A DNA stretch of 64,000 nt from Dehalococcoidia bacterium (GCA_963662615.2 CAXXSR010000002.1:448001-512000); one strand, 5' to 3'. Numbered from the stretch's first letter, positions 31,116-41,341 are shown. The notes: a model not told the origin generated them from the letters alone. Numbers and translations are program-made.

Positions 31116-31153
31116 GGGCCAGGATTCCGCCGGGCGACGGTCGTGAGATCCGG

Positions 31154-31528
31154 CTACTGGATCTCAACGGTGGCGCCGGCCTCTTCCAGGGTCGTCTTGA
31201 CCTGGTCCGCCTCTGCCTTGGGAACAGCTTCCTTGACGTTGGCCGGGGCGCTCTCCACAAAGTCCTTGGCTTCCTTCAAGCCCAGCGGCGTGACCGTGCG
31301 GATCGCCTTGATCACATTGATCTTGTTGTCGCCAAAGTCCTTCAGGACCACTGTGAATTCCGTCTGTTCCTCCTCGGCTTCGGCGTCCTCCTGGGCCGCA
31401 CCTGCGACGACGATCGGGGCAGCGGCGGCCGTCACGCCGAACTCCGTCTCGATCCGCTTGACCAGGTCCCGGGCCTCCAGGATCGTCATGCCGCTGATCA
31501 GCTCGAACGTCTCGTCAATCTTGGTCAT
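31154..31528 (-). CDS. rplL: 50S ribosomal protein L7/L12
   Basis: [33 protein letters not shown]. Confidence 0.97.
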   Translation of the reverse strand: MTKIDETFELISGMTILEARDLVKRIETEFGVTAAAAPIVVAGAAQEDAEAEEEQTEFTVVLKDFGDNKINVIKAIRTVTPLGLKEAKDFVESAPANVKEAVPKAEADQVKTTLEEAGATVEIQ

Positions 31529-31579
31529 CTTGCGCCTCTTCTCCTGGGGTCGCCCTTCGTTGCACGTCGTCTGCATGCG

Positions 31580-32206
31580 TTACGCGGTTGCATCCGGGTC
31601 TCCTTCTGCGGCCGAGTCTCCTTCTGCGGCCAGGGCGTCGGCGCCCGGCGATTCCTCTGGCTGCCCGTCGGCAGCGCTGCTCTCTTCGAGCTGCTTCGCG
31701 CGCGCTTCGATTCCGGCAGCGATCTCCCGGAACACGTCCTGGAGGACCATGGCGATGCCGACGAGCGGGCTGGAGAGCCCGCCGGCCAGCAGGCCCATCA
31801 GTTCCCGGCGGCTGGGGGTGGTTGCGAGCGTGATCACGTCGCTGGGGGAGAGGAGCGCGCCGTCCAAGTAGCCGCCGTGGATGGTGATCTCCAGCCGCTT
31901 GTCGCGGAGGAACTTGCTCAACGCTTTGGGCGGGTTGATCTCTTCTTCGTAGCCCAGCAAGAGGGCGGTGGATTGCACGGCGAGATCCGCCGCCGGCGCA
32001 TGGCCGCAGTTCTCCGCGGCGCGCTTGAGCAGGGTGTTCTTGACGACCCGCAGCTCCATGCTGGGCTCTTGGGCGCGCAGCGCCAGGCGGAGGTCGCGCA
32101 TCTGCGCGACGGTCAACCCACGGTAGTCCAGGCCAATGGTGATCACGGCCCGCTTGAGGCGGTCCTCCAGTTCGGCGACTTGTTGGATCTTCTCTTTGGT
32201 GACCAT
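31580..32206 (-). CDS. rplJ: 50S ribosomal protein L10 with acidic C-terminal tail
   Basis: DYRGLTV.Q..LR, VVKNTL; sits between rplA and rplL. Confidence 0.95.
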   Translation of the reverse strand: MVTKEKIQQVAELEDRLKRAVITIGLDYRGLTVAQMRDLRLALRAQEPSMELRVVKNTLLKRAAENCGHAPAADLAVQSTALLLGYEEEINPPKALSKFLRDKRLEITIHGGYLDGALLSPSDVITLATTPSRRELMGLLAGGLSSPLVGIAMVLQDVFREIAAGIEARAKQLEESSAADGQPEESPGADALAAEGDSAAEGDPDATA

Positions 32207-32243
32207 GGGCTCGTTCCGGTTTCCGATCGTCTCCGTCACGCTA

Positions 32244-32396
32244 CAAAAAATCGACCTGCACGGTCCGGCGGGCAGCGCCAAGGACGGGCAGGTCGAACGC
32301 GAGTGGGCATGGGCGCCGGTTCGGGTTCGTGCCTGCGCTGGACATTGAGGCTCCCCTTGCAGCTGGGGTAAAGGAGCCGCCAGCGGTCTTTGGCGC
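32244..32396 (-). promoter_or_regulatory. L10 leader (rplJ autoregulatory RNA) followed by an attenuator-type terminator
   Basis: Minus strand CCAAAGACCGCTGG...TCAATGTCCAGCGCAGG resembles the L10-leader core; then TCGACCTGC...GCAGGTCGA followed by TTTTTT. Confidence 0.75.
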
Positions 32397-32411
32397 GTTC
32401 GGTTTTTTTCG

Positions 32412-33125
32412 CTATTCCGCTTTCAACGACATTGCGCTCTGCAACTCCATGCGCACGCTGGGGCCCATGGTAGAAGCGAGATGGATGCCCTGAATATAGG
32501 ACCCCTTCCCCCCACTGGGCTTCGCTTTGACGATCTCCTGCATGACGGTGGCCATGTTCTCCAGCAACTGGTGCGGCTCAAAGCTCGCCTTGCCCACGGC
32601 AACGTGGATGATGGCGAGCCGGTCGAGACGAAACTCGACCCGTCCCTTGCGGGCCTCCGCCACCGCCTTGGGCAAGTCAGCGCCGTCCACCACCGTCCCG
32701 GCGCGGGGGTTGGGCATGAGCCCGCGCGGGCCCAGGATCCGGCCCAGCTTGCCGACTTTCCCCATCAGGTCACGCTGGGCCAGCGCGAGGTCGAAATCTG
32801 TGTAGCCCTCTTGGACGCGCTTGATGAGGTCATCGGAGCCCACCGGGTCGGCGCCGGCCTCCGCGGCGCCGCGGGCGGCGTCGCCCTCCGCGAAGACGGC
32901 CACGCGCACCTCTTTCCCCAGTCCGTGGGGAAGTTGGGTGGTTCCCCGCACCTGCTGCTCGGCATGGCGGGGGTCCAGGCCGGTGCGGACATGAAGCTCC
33001 ACGGTCTCATCAAACTTGGCGGTGGCGCCCTTCTTGACCAGATCGATCGCCTCTTCCGGCCCATACGCGGCGTCGCGGTCATAGCTCTGGGCGACGGCAT
33101 CGTAGCGTTTGCCCCGCGCGGCCAT
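32412..33125 (-). CDS. rplA: 50S ribosomal protein L1
   Basis: AKFDETVE, QQVRG...LPHG.GK, LGPRGLMPNP, STMGP. Confidence 0.98.
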   Translation of the reverse strand: MAARGKRYDAVAQSYDRDAAYGPEEAIDLVKKGATAKFDETVELHVRTGLDPRHAEQQVRGTTQLPHGLGKEVRVAVFAEGDAARGAAEAGADPVGSDDLIKRVQEGYTDFDLALAQRDLMGKVGKLGRILGPRGLMPNPRAGTVVDGADLPKAVAEARKGRVEFRLDRLAIIHVAVGKASFEPHQLLENMATVMQEIVKAKPSGGKGSYIQGIHLASTMGPSVRMELQSAMSLKAE

Positions 33126-33127
33126 CC

Positions 33128-33553
33128 TTAGCTCTGCACTTCCACGCCCATGCTGCGCGCGGTGCCGGCAATGATCTGCATGGCGGCGTCGACGTCGTTG
33201 GCGTTGAGGTCGGGCATTTTGCGCTGGGCGATCTCGCGCAACTGCGCGGTCGTGATGGTCCCCACCATCGTCCGGCGCGCCTCGGCGGCGCCCTTCTCCA
33301 GGCCCGCCGCCTTGCGAATGAGGTCCGAGGCAGGTGGTGTGCGGATCTCAAAGGTGAAGGAGCGGTCTTCGTAGATCGTAATCTGCGCCGGCGCGACGTC
33401 GCCGGCCATGGTGGCCGTGCGCTCATTGTAGGTCTTGACGAATTCCATGATGTTGGCGCCGTGCTGCCCCAGCGCGGGCCCCACCGGCGGCGCCGGGCTC
33501 GCCTTGCCGGCATCCAGCTGGAGAGTGAGGAGGGCGCGAATCTTTTTGGCCAC
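33128..33553 (-). CDS. rplK: 50S ribosomal protein L11
   Basis: [31 protein letters not shown]. Confidence 0.98.
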   Translation of the reverse strand: MAKKIRALLTLQLDAGKASPAPPVGPALGQHGANIMEFVKTYNERTATMAGDVAPAQITIYEDRSFTFEIRTPPASDLIRKAAGLEKGAAEARRTMVGTITTAQLREIAQRKMPDLNANDVDAAMQIIAGTARSMGVEVQS

Positions 33554-33562
33554 GGCGGCGCC

Positions 33563-34558
33563 CTATGCCTTCTCTACCTGCATGAAGTCCAGCTCCATTG
33601 GGGTTTCGCGTCCGAACATGGAGATGAGGACGCGGACCTTTCCTTTGTCCAGATTGATCTCGACCACCTGGCCAATGAAGTCCAGGAACGGTCCGTCCAT
33701 CACGCGGATCGAATCGCCGATCTCAAAGCCTACGCGAACGCGCGGCTCCACGACGCGCATCTGCCGCAGGATGGCTTTGACTTCCTCCCGAGGCAGCGGG
33801 TGCGGCTTGTCGGCGCCGACGAAGCCGGTCACGCCGGGGGTGTTGCGCACGACGTACCAGGTGTCGTCGTCCAAGATCATCTCGACAAGCACGTAGCCGG
33901 GCAGGAGCTTGCGCTGGACTTGACGCCGCTGCCCGCCTCGGATCTCCAGTTCCTCTTCCGTGGGGACGACGACGCGAAAGATGCGCTCGGCCACATCCAT
34001 GCTTTCAATGCGGCGCTCCAGGTTGATCTGAACTCGATTTTCGTGGCCGGAGTAGGTGTTGAGGACGTACCAGGAGCGCGCGTCTTCAGGGACGGGGCCC
34101 AGGAGTTCGTCTTCCTCCTTTGCCGCCTCTTCGTCCACCTGGGACTGCGCGACGGGGGCGACCGGCGCCTCCGCTTCCGCCGTGGGGGCGGGCTGGTCGA
34201 GCCCCAGCTTCTCCACCAGGCGCTCGGCCGCATCCGCTTCCTTGTCCACGGCGGCGCGCTCGAGCTCAAGGTCCATCCCCAGGGCCGTGGCGGCACGCAT
34301 GGCCGCCTGGTACTCACGCTCAACGGCGCTCAGGGTCGGCTCGGCGTCCTCGGTCTCCGCGGCGGGAGCGGCCGGGGGGGCGCTCTCCGCTTCGGGCGCC
34401 GGCGCGGCCGCGGGCACCGGCTCGGGCATCGCGCCTTCCTGCGCTTCGGGGGCCGGCGCGGCCGCGGGCGCTGGCTCGGGCGCCGTGCCTTCCTGCGCTG
34501 CGGGCTGCACCGGCGGTTGCTCCTGATCGTCGGTGGTGATGTCGGAGTTCGTGGTCAT
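33563..34558 (-). CDS. nusG: Transcription factor NusG with long N-terminal extension
   Basis: WYVLNTYSGHE, LPGYVLVEM, VRNTPGVTGFVG, KOW GPF..F.G, MFGRETP; about 155 extra N-terminal residues. Confidence 0.95.
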   Translation of the reverse strand: MTTNSDITTDDQEQPPVQPAAQEGTAPEPAPAAAPAPEAQEGAMPEPVPAAAPAPEAESAPPAAPAAETEDAEPTLSAVEREYQAAMRAATALGMDLELERAAVDKEADAAERLVEKLGLDQPAPTAEAEAPVAPVAQSQVDEEAAKEEDELLGPVPEDARSWYVLNTYSGHENRVQINLERRIESMDVAERIFRVVVPTEEELEIRGGQRRQVQRKLLPGYVLVEMILDDDTWYVVRNTPGVTGFVGADKPHPLPREEVKAILRQMRVVEPRVRVGFEIGDSIRVMDGPFLDFIGQVVEINLDKGKVRVLISMFGRETPMELDFMQVEKA

Positions 34559-34568
34559 GAGTCTTCCA

Positions 34569-34964
34569 TCAGGGCAGGAGGACGTTCTCGAGGAGCCGGT
34601 TGAAGATCCAGTCGACGGAGCCCAGGACCGCGCCCACGGCCACGGCGACGATGATCACCACGGTGGTGAGGCTGCGCGTCTCCTGGGGGCCGGGCCAGAC
34701 GACGCGGCGCAGCTCCGTAATGATCTCTATGAGGATGCGCGGGTGCGTCCAGCGGTAGATGCGTCCGTGCTCTCGTCCGCGGGTGGGGGCGTCGGCGGGC
34801 CGCGGCGTGGAGCGCCGGGGCCGCACGGCGACGCCCGGCTCCGGTGGCGGCGCGGGCTGCGGCGCTGGGGTCGCCGGCAGGGCCGCTGGGGCGGGCACAG
34901 CGGCGGAAGCCGCCTGCGCTTGGCGGCGGCGGCGAGAGCGGCGGCTGGAGCTTCCACGCGCCAT
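34569..34964 (-). CDS. secE: Preprotein translocase subunit SecE
   Basis: ELRRVVWP...ET, single TM, D.IF; lies between rpmG and nusG. Confidence 0.9.
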   Translation of the reverse strand: MARGSSSRRSRRRRQAQAASAAVPAPAALPATPAPQPAPPPEPGVAVRPRRSTPRPADAPTRGREHGRIYRWTHPRILIEIITELRRVVWPGPQETRSLTTVVIIVAVAVGAVLGSVDWIFNRLLENVLLP

Positions 34965-35002
34965 GACCGATGGGGTCCCCTCCTCTTTCCTCTGGCGGCG
35001 TC

Positions 35003-35164
35003 TTAGCGCGTCTCACGGAAGAGCTGATGGACGCGGCAGCGGGGGCAGTACTTCCGCAGCTCCAGGCGGTCCGAGTCATTGCGCCGGTTCTTGCGTGAGT
35101 GGTAGGCGTGCGTCTGGCACTCCCGGCAGCGCAGCGTGATGTGGATGCGGTCTCCTTTCGCCAT
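35003..35164 (-). CDS. rpmG: 50S ribosomal protein L33 (zinc-binding type; not in the ORF track)
   Basis: Manual translation [53 protein letters not shown]. Confidence 0.96.
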   Translation of the reverse strand: MAKGDRIHITLRCRECQTHAYHSRKNRRNDSDRLELRKYCPRCRVHQLFRETR

Positions 35165-35172
35165 GGCCGGGC

Positions 35173-36372
<1,200 letters not shown>

Positions 36373-36409
36373 GGCTCCTCCGCCTCTTGCTTGCTGCCTC
36401 TGCTCGTAC

Positions 36410-36485
36410 TGGAGCCCGCATCCAGATTCGAACTGGAGACCTCGTTCTTACCAAGAACGCGCTCTACCGACTGAGCTATGCGGGC
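36410..36485 (-). tRNA. tRNA-Thr (GGT)
   Basis: GCCCGCA acceptor stem, anticodon loop TT-GGT-AA, GTTCGAATC T-loop, encoded CCA. Confidence 0.97.
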
Positions 36486-36520
36486 CTCCTCCGCTGATCT
36501 CGCCGGACCGGTCGCACGGG

Positions 36521-36608
36521 TGGTGCTGGGGGCAGGATTTGAACCTGCGTAGCCCTTTCGGGCGCCGATTTTACAGACCGGTGGTATTAGCCACTCACCC
36601 ACCCCAGC
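36521..36608 (-). tRNA. tRNA-Tyr (GTA)
   Basis: GCTGGGG acceptor, CT-GTA-AA anticodon loop, long variable arm GCCCGAAAGGGC, GTTCAAATC, ACCA. Confidence 0.96.
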
Positions 36609-36639
36609 CTCAGCGCGACCGCCCCTTGAGTGACGCACA

Positions 36640-36714
36640 TGGAGCCCGAGAAGGGAGTCGAACCCCTAACCTGCCGATTACAAATCGGCTGCGCTACCGT
36701 TGCGCCACCCGGGC
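36640..36714 (-). tRNA. tRNA-Thr (TGT)
   Basis: GCCCGGG acceptor, TT-TGT-AA anticodon loop, GTTCGACTC, CCA. Confidence 0.97.
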
Positions 36715-36760
36715 TGAGCCCGAAACAAAAAAGACACGCTCCGGGGCGCGTCTGTCAAGG

Positions 36761-36790
36761 AGTATATGGGGCCCGCGGAAACCGGGTCAA
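36761..36790 (-). promoter_or_regulatory. Sigma70-type promoter of the tRNA-tuf operon
   Basis: Minus strand TTGACC-N18-TATACT, about 45 nt upstream of the first tRNA. Confidence 0.7.
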
Positions 36791-36870
36791 GAATGCTACA
36801 CCTGGAAGTCGCGGTGCGGCCGGCGCGCTGGGGGCTGCCAGCCGTGTCCCGGCCTGGGGCGGCGGTTCGA

Positions 36871-38313
36871 TTAGAAGCGCAGGGTGCTCTCCGCCGTCGA
36901 CGGCGGCTCCTCAGCAGAGTCGGGGACGGTGGGCTCGGCCGGCCGCCAGGTGCTGCCTTGTCGATTGTCCTCCAGCGTGACGCCGAGGTCGGCCAGGCGG
37001 GCCCGGATCTGGTCCGCTAAGGCGTACTCATTCCGGCCCCGGAGTTCGCTGCGGATCTCCAGGAGCAGATCAATGAAGGGGGCGGCGTTGATGTGGCGGA
37101 CGCTCGCCTGGAAGTGGAGTCCCAAGACGCCCCCCAGCTCGCGCAGCTGCGCCACCGCGTTCTCGACCGTGCCGCCGGTGTCGCGGGCGCGATTGATCTC
37201 GCGGGCGAGATCGAACAGGGTGGCGAGCGCTTGGGGTGTGCCCAGGTCGTCCTCCATGGCGTCAATGAAGCGCCGCCGGTAGCCCTCCGCGTCCAACTCT
37301 CCGTCCCCGTTGCTGCGGCCGGAACCCTCTTCGCCGGCGCCGTCGCCCCCAGCGGCGATGAGGAGCCGTTCCGCGCCCCGAGCCGCCCCCGTCAGCGACG
37401 CCTCCGAGTAGGTCAGGGGGCTGCGGTAGTGCCCGCTGAGGACGAAGTGACGGAGGGCGTCGGCGCCGTAACGGTCCAGGCCCTCGCGCAAGGTGATGAT
37501 GTTGCCCAGGGACTTGGACATCTTCTCGTCGCCCAGTTGCATGAGGGCGTTGTGCATCCAGTGACGGACGAACGGTGTCTTGCCGGTGAACGTCTCCGAC
37601 TGGGCGCTCTCGTTTTCGTGGTGCGGGAAGATCAGGTCCATGCCGCCGCCGTGCAGATCGATCTGCTCACCTAAATAGCGCAGGGCCATGGCGCTGCATT
37701 CAATGTGCCAGCCGGGCCGGCCCGGACCCCAGGGGCTGTCCCAGGACGGCTCGCCCGGCTTCGCGGCCTTCCACAGGGCGAAGTCCATGGGGTGCTGCTT
37801 TTGGGAGGCCACCTCCACGCGGGCACCCGCGATCATCTCCTCCAGGGTCCGACGGGAGAGTTTGCCGTAGTCCTTGCGGGCCTGCACAGAGAAGTAGACG
37901 TCGCCGTTGGCGGGGTAGGCCGACCCCTCCGCAACGAGCCCTCCGATCACTTCCAGCATCTTCGGAATCTCTTCCGTCGCGCGCGGATGCACGTCGGCGG
38001 GCTGAACGTTCAGTTCGCGCATCTCCGCTTGGAATTTTGCGATCTGACTGTGAGCGAGCGCGGGAACGGAGATGCCGAGCCGGGCGGCGCGGGCGATCAT
38101 CTTGTCGTCCACGTCGGTGAAGTTGTAGACGAAGCGCACCCGGCGTCCGCGCCATTCCAGGTAGCGGCGGAGCGTGTCAAAGATGATGATGCTCATGCCG
38201 TGGCCCAGATGCGCGTCGTCGTAGGGGGTGACGCCGCAGACGTAGATGCTGACGGGGTCGTCCAGCGGCCGGAACGGCTCTTTGCGGCGGGTCAAGGTGT
38301 TATAGAGCTGCAC
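36871..38313 (-). CDS. cysS: Cysteine--tRNA ligase
   Basis: YVCGVTPY...HLGH, NFTDVDDK, DFALWK, GRPGWHIECSAM, KMSKS. Confidence 0.98.
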   Translation of the reverse strand: MQLYNTLTRRKEPFRPLDDPVSIYVCGVTPYDDAHLGHGMSIIIFDTLRRYLEWRGRRVRFVYNFTDVDDKMIARAARLGISVPALAHSQIAKFQAEMRELNVQPADVHPRATEEIPKMLEVIGGLVAEGSAYPANGDVYFSVQARKDYGKLSRRTLEEMIAGARVEVASQKQHPMDFALWKAAKPGEPSWDSPWGPGRPGWHIECSAMALRYLGEQIDLHGGGMDLIFPHHENESAQSETFTGKTPFVRHWMHNALMQLGDEKMSKSLGNIITLREGLDRYGADALRHFVLSGHYRSPLTYSEASLTGAARGAERLLIAAGGDGAGEEGSGRSNGDGELDAEGYRRRFIDAMEDDLGTPQALATLFDLAREINRARDTGGTVENAVAQLRELGGVLGLHFQASVRHINAAPFIDLLLEIRSELRGRNEYALADQIRARLADLGVTLEDNRQGSTWRPAEPTVPDSAEEPPSTAESTLRF

Positions 38314-38336
38314 GGACTGCTCGCACGCGCTGGCGG

Positions 38337-38621
38337 CTAGGCGCTGTGAGGCGGGACGGGCTGGCGTGAGGACGGTACGGGGGCGGGCTCGCCGATCACG
38401 GCCCCGGGATGAATCTCAATGCCGGTCAGGGCCCGGTTGAGGTGCGAGACCAGCCGCGGGAACAGGGGCACGTTGGCCCGCGAGAGGGAGTGCGCCAGCC
38501 GATGGAGCAGCCGGGCTTGGAAGCCTGGGTAGGCGAGGATGACCTCCCAGATGCTCTGCGCGGCGGGATCGCGTTCGCGAATGAATTCAATGTCAGCGCG
38601 GATGGCGCGCCAGGGCAACAT
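38337..38621 (-). pseudogene. cysE: Truncated serine O-acetyltransferase (N-terminal helical domain only)
   Basis: RDPAA.S.WEV.L.YPG, TGIEIHPGAVIG, then an unrelated 17-aa tail and stop; no FIDHG motif or beta-helix, and no room for them before cysS. Confidence 0.8.
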
Positions 38622-38656
38622 GGCTCACCTTGCCTCGACGCGCGGGCGGGCGCTGC

Positions 38657-39955
38657 TCACGGCCTGGTTGCCGGTCGAGATGCGGCCGTGGGCGCGTCCG
38701 CCAGGATGCGCACGATCGCCTGCGCCTGCAGGCTCTCAGAGCGACCCACGGGCCCCAGGCCCTCTGCCGTGGTCGCCTTGACGCTGACGACGGCCACGTC
38801 CACTCCCATTGACGCTGCCAGCCGCCCGCGCATGGCTGGGATGTGCGGCTGCAGTTTGGGCTGCTCCGCGATCACCGTGGCGTCTACGTTGCCCACACGA
38901 TAGCCGTGTTGCACCAACATTGCGACCGCACGGGCGAGCAGATCCTGGCTGTCGACACCCGCCCATTGGGCGTCGTCCGGGGGGAAGTGCTGCCCGATGT
39001 CCCCCAGCGCCGCGGCGCCCAGCAGCGCGTCGATGATGGCGTGCGAGAGCGCGTCGGCGTCGGAGTGACCGGCCAGGCCGGGGCTGTCGGGGATGCGCAC
39101 GCCGCCCAAGATCAGCGGACGCTGCGGATCGAAGCGGTGGATGTCGGTGCCGATCCCGACTCGGTCCTGCGCTCCACTCTCCCGCCCGCCCTCCCCGCTC
39201 GCCGGCGTGGGCTGGGAGGAGAAGGACTGCGCTAGCGGCGTCTGGGCGCGGGCGCGCAGGAGGGCCGCCACGACGGGCAGATCAGCCGGGGTCGTGATCT
39301 TGGGGTTGGGCGCGCCGGGATCGTAGGCGACGACGCGATGGCCGAGCGCCTCCACGAGGGCGGCGTCATCTGTGAACGCTCCGTTGGCGACGGCTGGGGA
39401 GCCGGCGGCCGCGTGAGCGCGCAGGAGCAGGTCGCGGCGGAAGAGCTGCGGCGTCTGGGCCGCGCGCAGCGTCCGCCGGTCAATGGTGCGGGTGACCTGC
39501 ACAGCGCCGTCGGGAGAGTCGCCGTTCACTTCCTTGATCGTATCGGTCAGAGGCGCAGCGGCGATGGCGGCGCCGTGCCGCGCGGCGCAGTCGATCCCGC
39601 GCGCGATCATGCTGCTGGTGACGAGGGGGCGGGCCGTGTCGTGCACGGCGACGAGGTCCGCGTCGGCGAGCGCGGCGAGGCCGCGCGCGACCGAGTCCTG
39701 CCGCCGCGGCCCCCCCGGCACGATGGCGGTCACCTTGCCGCCGCCGTGCGCCGCCGCGAGCGTCTCCAGCGCTGCGCGATTGTTGTCGCCGCAGACCAGG
39801 ACAATGGAGGAGACGCCGTCGCAGGCGGCGAAGGCGCGCAGGGAGTAGGACGCGACAGGCTGTCCGTCCAGCGGCGCCACGCTCTTATCCAGCCCGCCCA
39901 TGCGCTCGCTCGCGCCGGCGGCCAGGAGGATGGCGGCGGTCCGGGGTGGGCTCAC
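38657..39955 (-). CDS. ispDF: Bifunctional IspD/IspF
   Basis: IspD: LLAAG.SERMG..K, RQDSV, VHDTARP, QTPQ.F, TDD, KITTP.DL. IspF: VGIG.DIH, GHSDAD, GDIG.HFP, VKATT.EGLG. Confidence 0.95.
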   Translation of the reverse strand: MSPPRTAAILLAAGASERMGGLDKSVAPLDGQPVASYSLRAFAACDGVSSIVLVCGDNNRAALETLAAAHGGGKVTAIVPGGPRRQDSVARGLAALADADLVAVHDTARPLVTSSMIARGIDCAARHGAAIAAAPLTDTIKEVNGDSPDGAVQVTRTIDRRTLRAAQTPQLFRRDLLLRAHAAAGSPAVANGAFTDDAALVEALGHRVVAYDPGAPNPKITTPADLPVVAALLRARAQTPLAQSFSSQPTPASGEGGRESGAQDRVGIGTDIHRFDPQRPLILGGVRIPDSPGLAGHSDADALSHAIIDALLGAAALGDIGQHFPPDDAQWAGVDSQDLLARAVAMLVQHGYRVGNVDATVIAEQPKLQPHIPAMRGRLAASMGVDVAVVSVKATTAEGLGPVGRSESLQAQAIVRILADAPTAASRPATRP

Positions 39956-40959
39956 GGCGTCGCCTGCGTGCGCTCCGGCTCCACCTCGGCGGCGGGCGCG
40001 GGCGCGGCTTGGCGGAGGCGGGCGAAGAGCATGCGCCCGGCGGTGGTCTGGATGGTGCGGGTGATCTCCACCGTGACGTCTTGCTCCAGCAGCCGGCGCG
40101 CGTCCTCCACCACGACCATGGTGCCGTCTTGGAGGAAGCCCACGCCCTGCTCGCGCTCACGCCCTTCTTGCAGAATGCGGAGGTGGAGCGACTCGCCGGG
40201 CAGGGCGACGTTGCGCATCGCTTGGGCCAGGGCGTTGAGATTGAGCACGGGGACGTCCTCCACACCGGCGACGCGGTTGAGGTTGTAGTCGTTGGTCAGG
40301 AGGGCGGCGTTACGCGCGCGCGCCAGGGCCAGGACCTTCGCGTCCACGTCCGGCAGCTCGGCGTACTGGGCGTCGTCAATGACCGTGTGCACACGGCCGC
40401 TTGCCTGAATGCGGCTGAGCATCTCCAGGCCATAGCGGCCGCGCTGGCGTTTGAGGGCGTCGCTGCTGTCGGCGACGCGACGCAGTTCGTCCAGGACGAA
40501 GCGGGGGATGATGAGGTCAGCCAGGAGGAAGCCGCTCTCGGCGACGTCCGCGAGGCGGCCGTCGATGATGGCGCTGGTGTCCACCACCACGGCGGTGGGA
40601 CGCGCGTCGCGGGCCGCCGGCCCGCGGGCTCCAAACCCGGCGCCGGCGACGGCGTCGGAGCGTTCGCGGATGGAGTGGATGATCCGCTCGACCTCCGCAC
40701 GGCGGCTCAGCGCCACACCGATGCCAACGGGGGCGAGCAAGATCGCGACGCCGACGGCCGTGAAATCGCCGGCGGCGCCGGGCAGCGTCCCCAGGGGGAC
40801 GGCGAGCAGCGCCGCGGTCACGAGCGCCGCGATGAGGCCAAAGCCGCCCAGGAAGATCTCCAGGGTCGAAAGGTCGTGGAGGAGGCCCTGGCGCAGCGTG
40901 GCCAGGGGCCAAGCGAATGTTCGCTGCACCGCTCCCGCAGCGGCGCGCACTGTACCCAT
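39952..40959 (-). CDS. PIN/TRAM domain membrane protein (YacL-like)
   Basis: VVDTSAIIDGR, FVLDEL..ADS, R.RGR.GL, LTNDYNL, QGVGFL.DGTMVVVE, QTTAGRMLFA; conventional position upstream of ispD. Confidence 0.92.
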   Translation of the reverse strand: MGTVRAAAGAVQRTFAWPLATLRQGLLHDLSTLEIFLGGFGLIAALVTAALLAVPLGTLPGAAGDFTAVGVAILLAPVGIGVALSRRAEVERIIHSIRERSDAVAGAGFGARGPAARDARPTAVVVDTSAIIDGRLADVAESGFLLADLIIPRFVLDELRRVADSSDALKRQRGRYGLEMLSRIQASGRVHTVIDDAQYAELPDVDAKVLALARARNAALLTNDYNLNRVAGVEDVPVLNLNALAQAMRNVALPGESLHLRILQEGREREQGVGFLQDGTMVVVEDARRLLEQDVTVEITRTIQTTAGRMLFARLRQAAPAPAAEVEPERTQATP

Positions 40960-41341
40960 GGGACACCTAGCTGGCGCGGCAACCGTAGCGAGCGGCGCGT
41001 GGTTGCGGCGGCGAACCGTTGGCGGCCATGCGACCGCCGGATCATGCCAGGGTGGCATCCGCCACCGGATAAAGCCGGGACGGCCCTTGCGACAGGCCGT
41101 CAAATAAATCCAGGCAGCACCGCGGCTGTCCCTGTGACGCGCCGACCATCGCTGCAGAGGTATCCTAGCGGCCCGCGCCGCGCCTCGTAAAGAGAGGCTG
41201 TCCCTCGAAGGGGGGCGCTCAGTGGGCGGGCGCACTCTCGGCGCGGTGGATGTACCATCGTACATCGGACTGGCGTGGGCGCCGCCCGCCTTTGTGCGGC
41301 CGCGTTTGGCGCGGGGCGGGGCGCGAGGGGGAGGTTCGAGC

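Noticed and set aside
38314-38656. Cys T-box before cysE/cysS
   Set aside because: The spacers are only 23 and 35 nt and contain no T-box motif.
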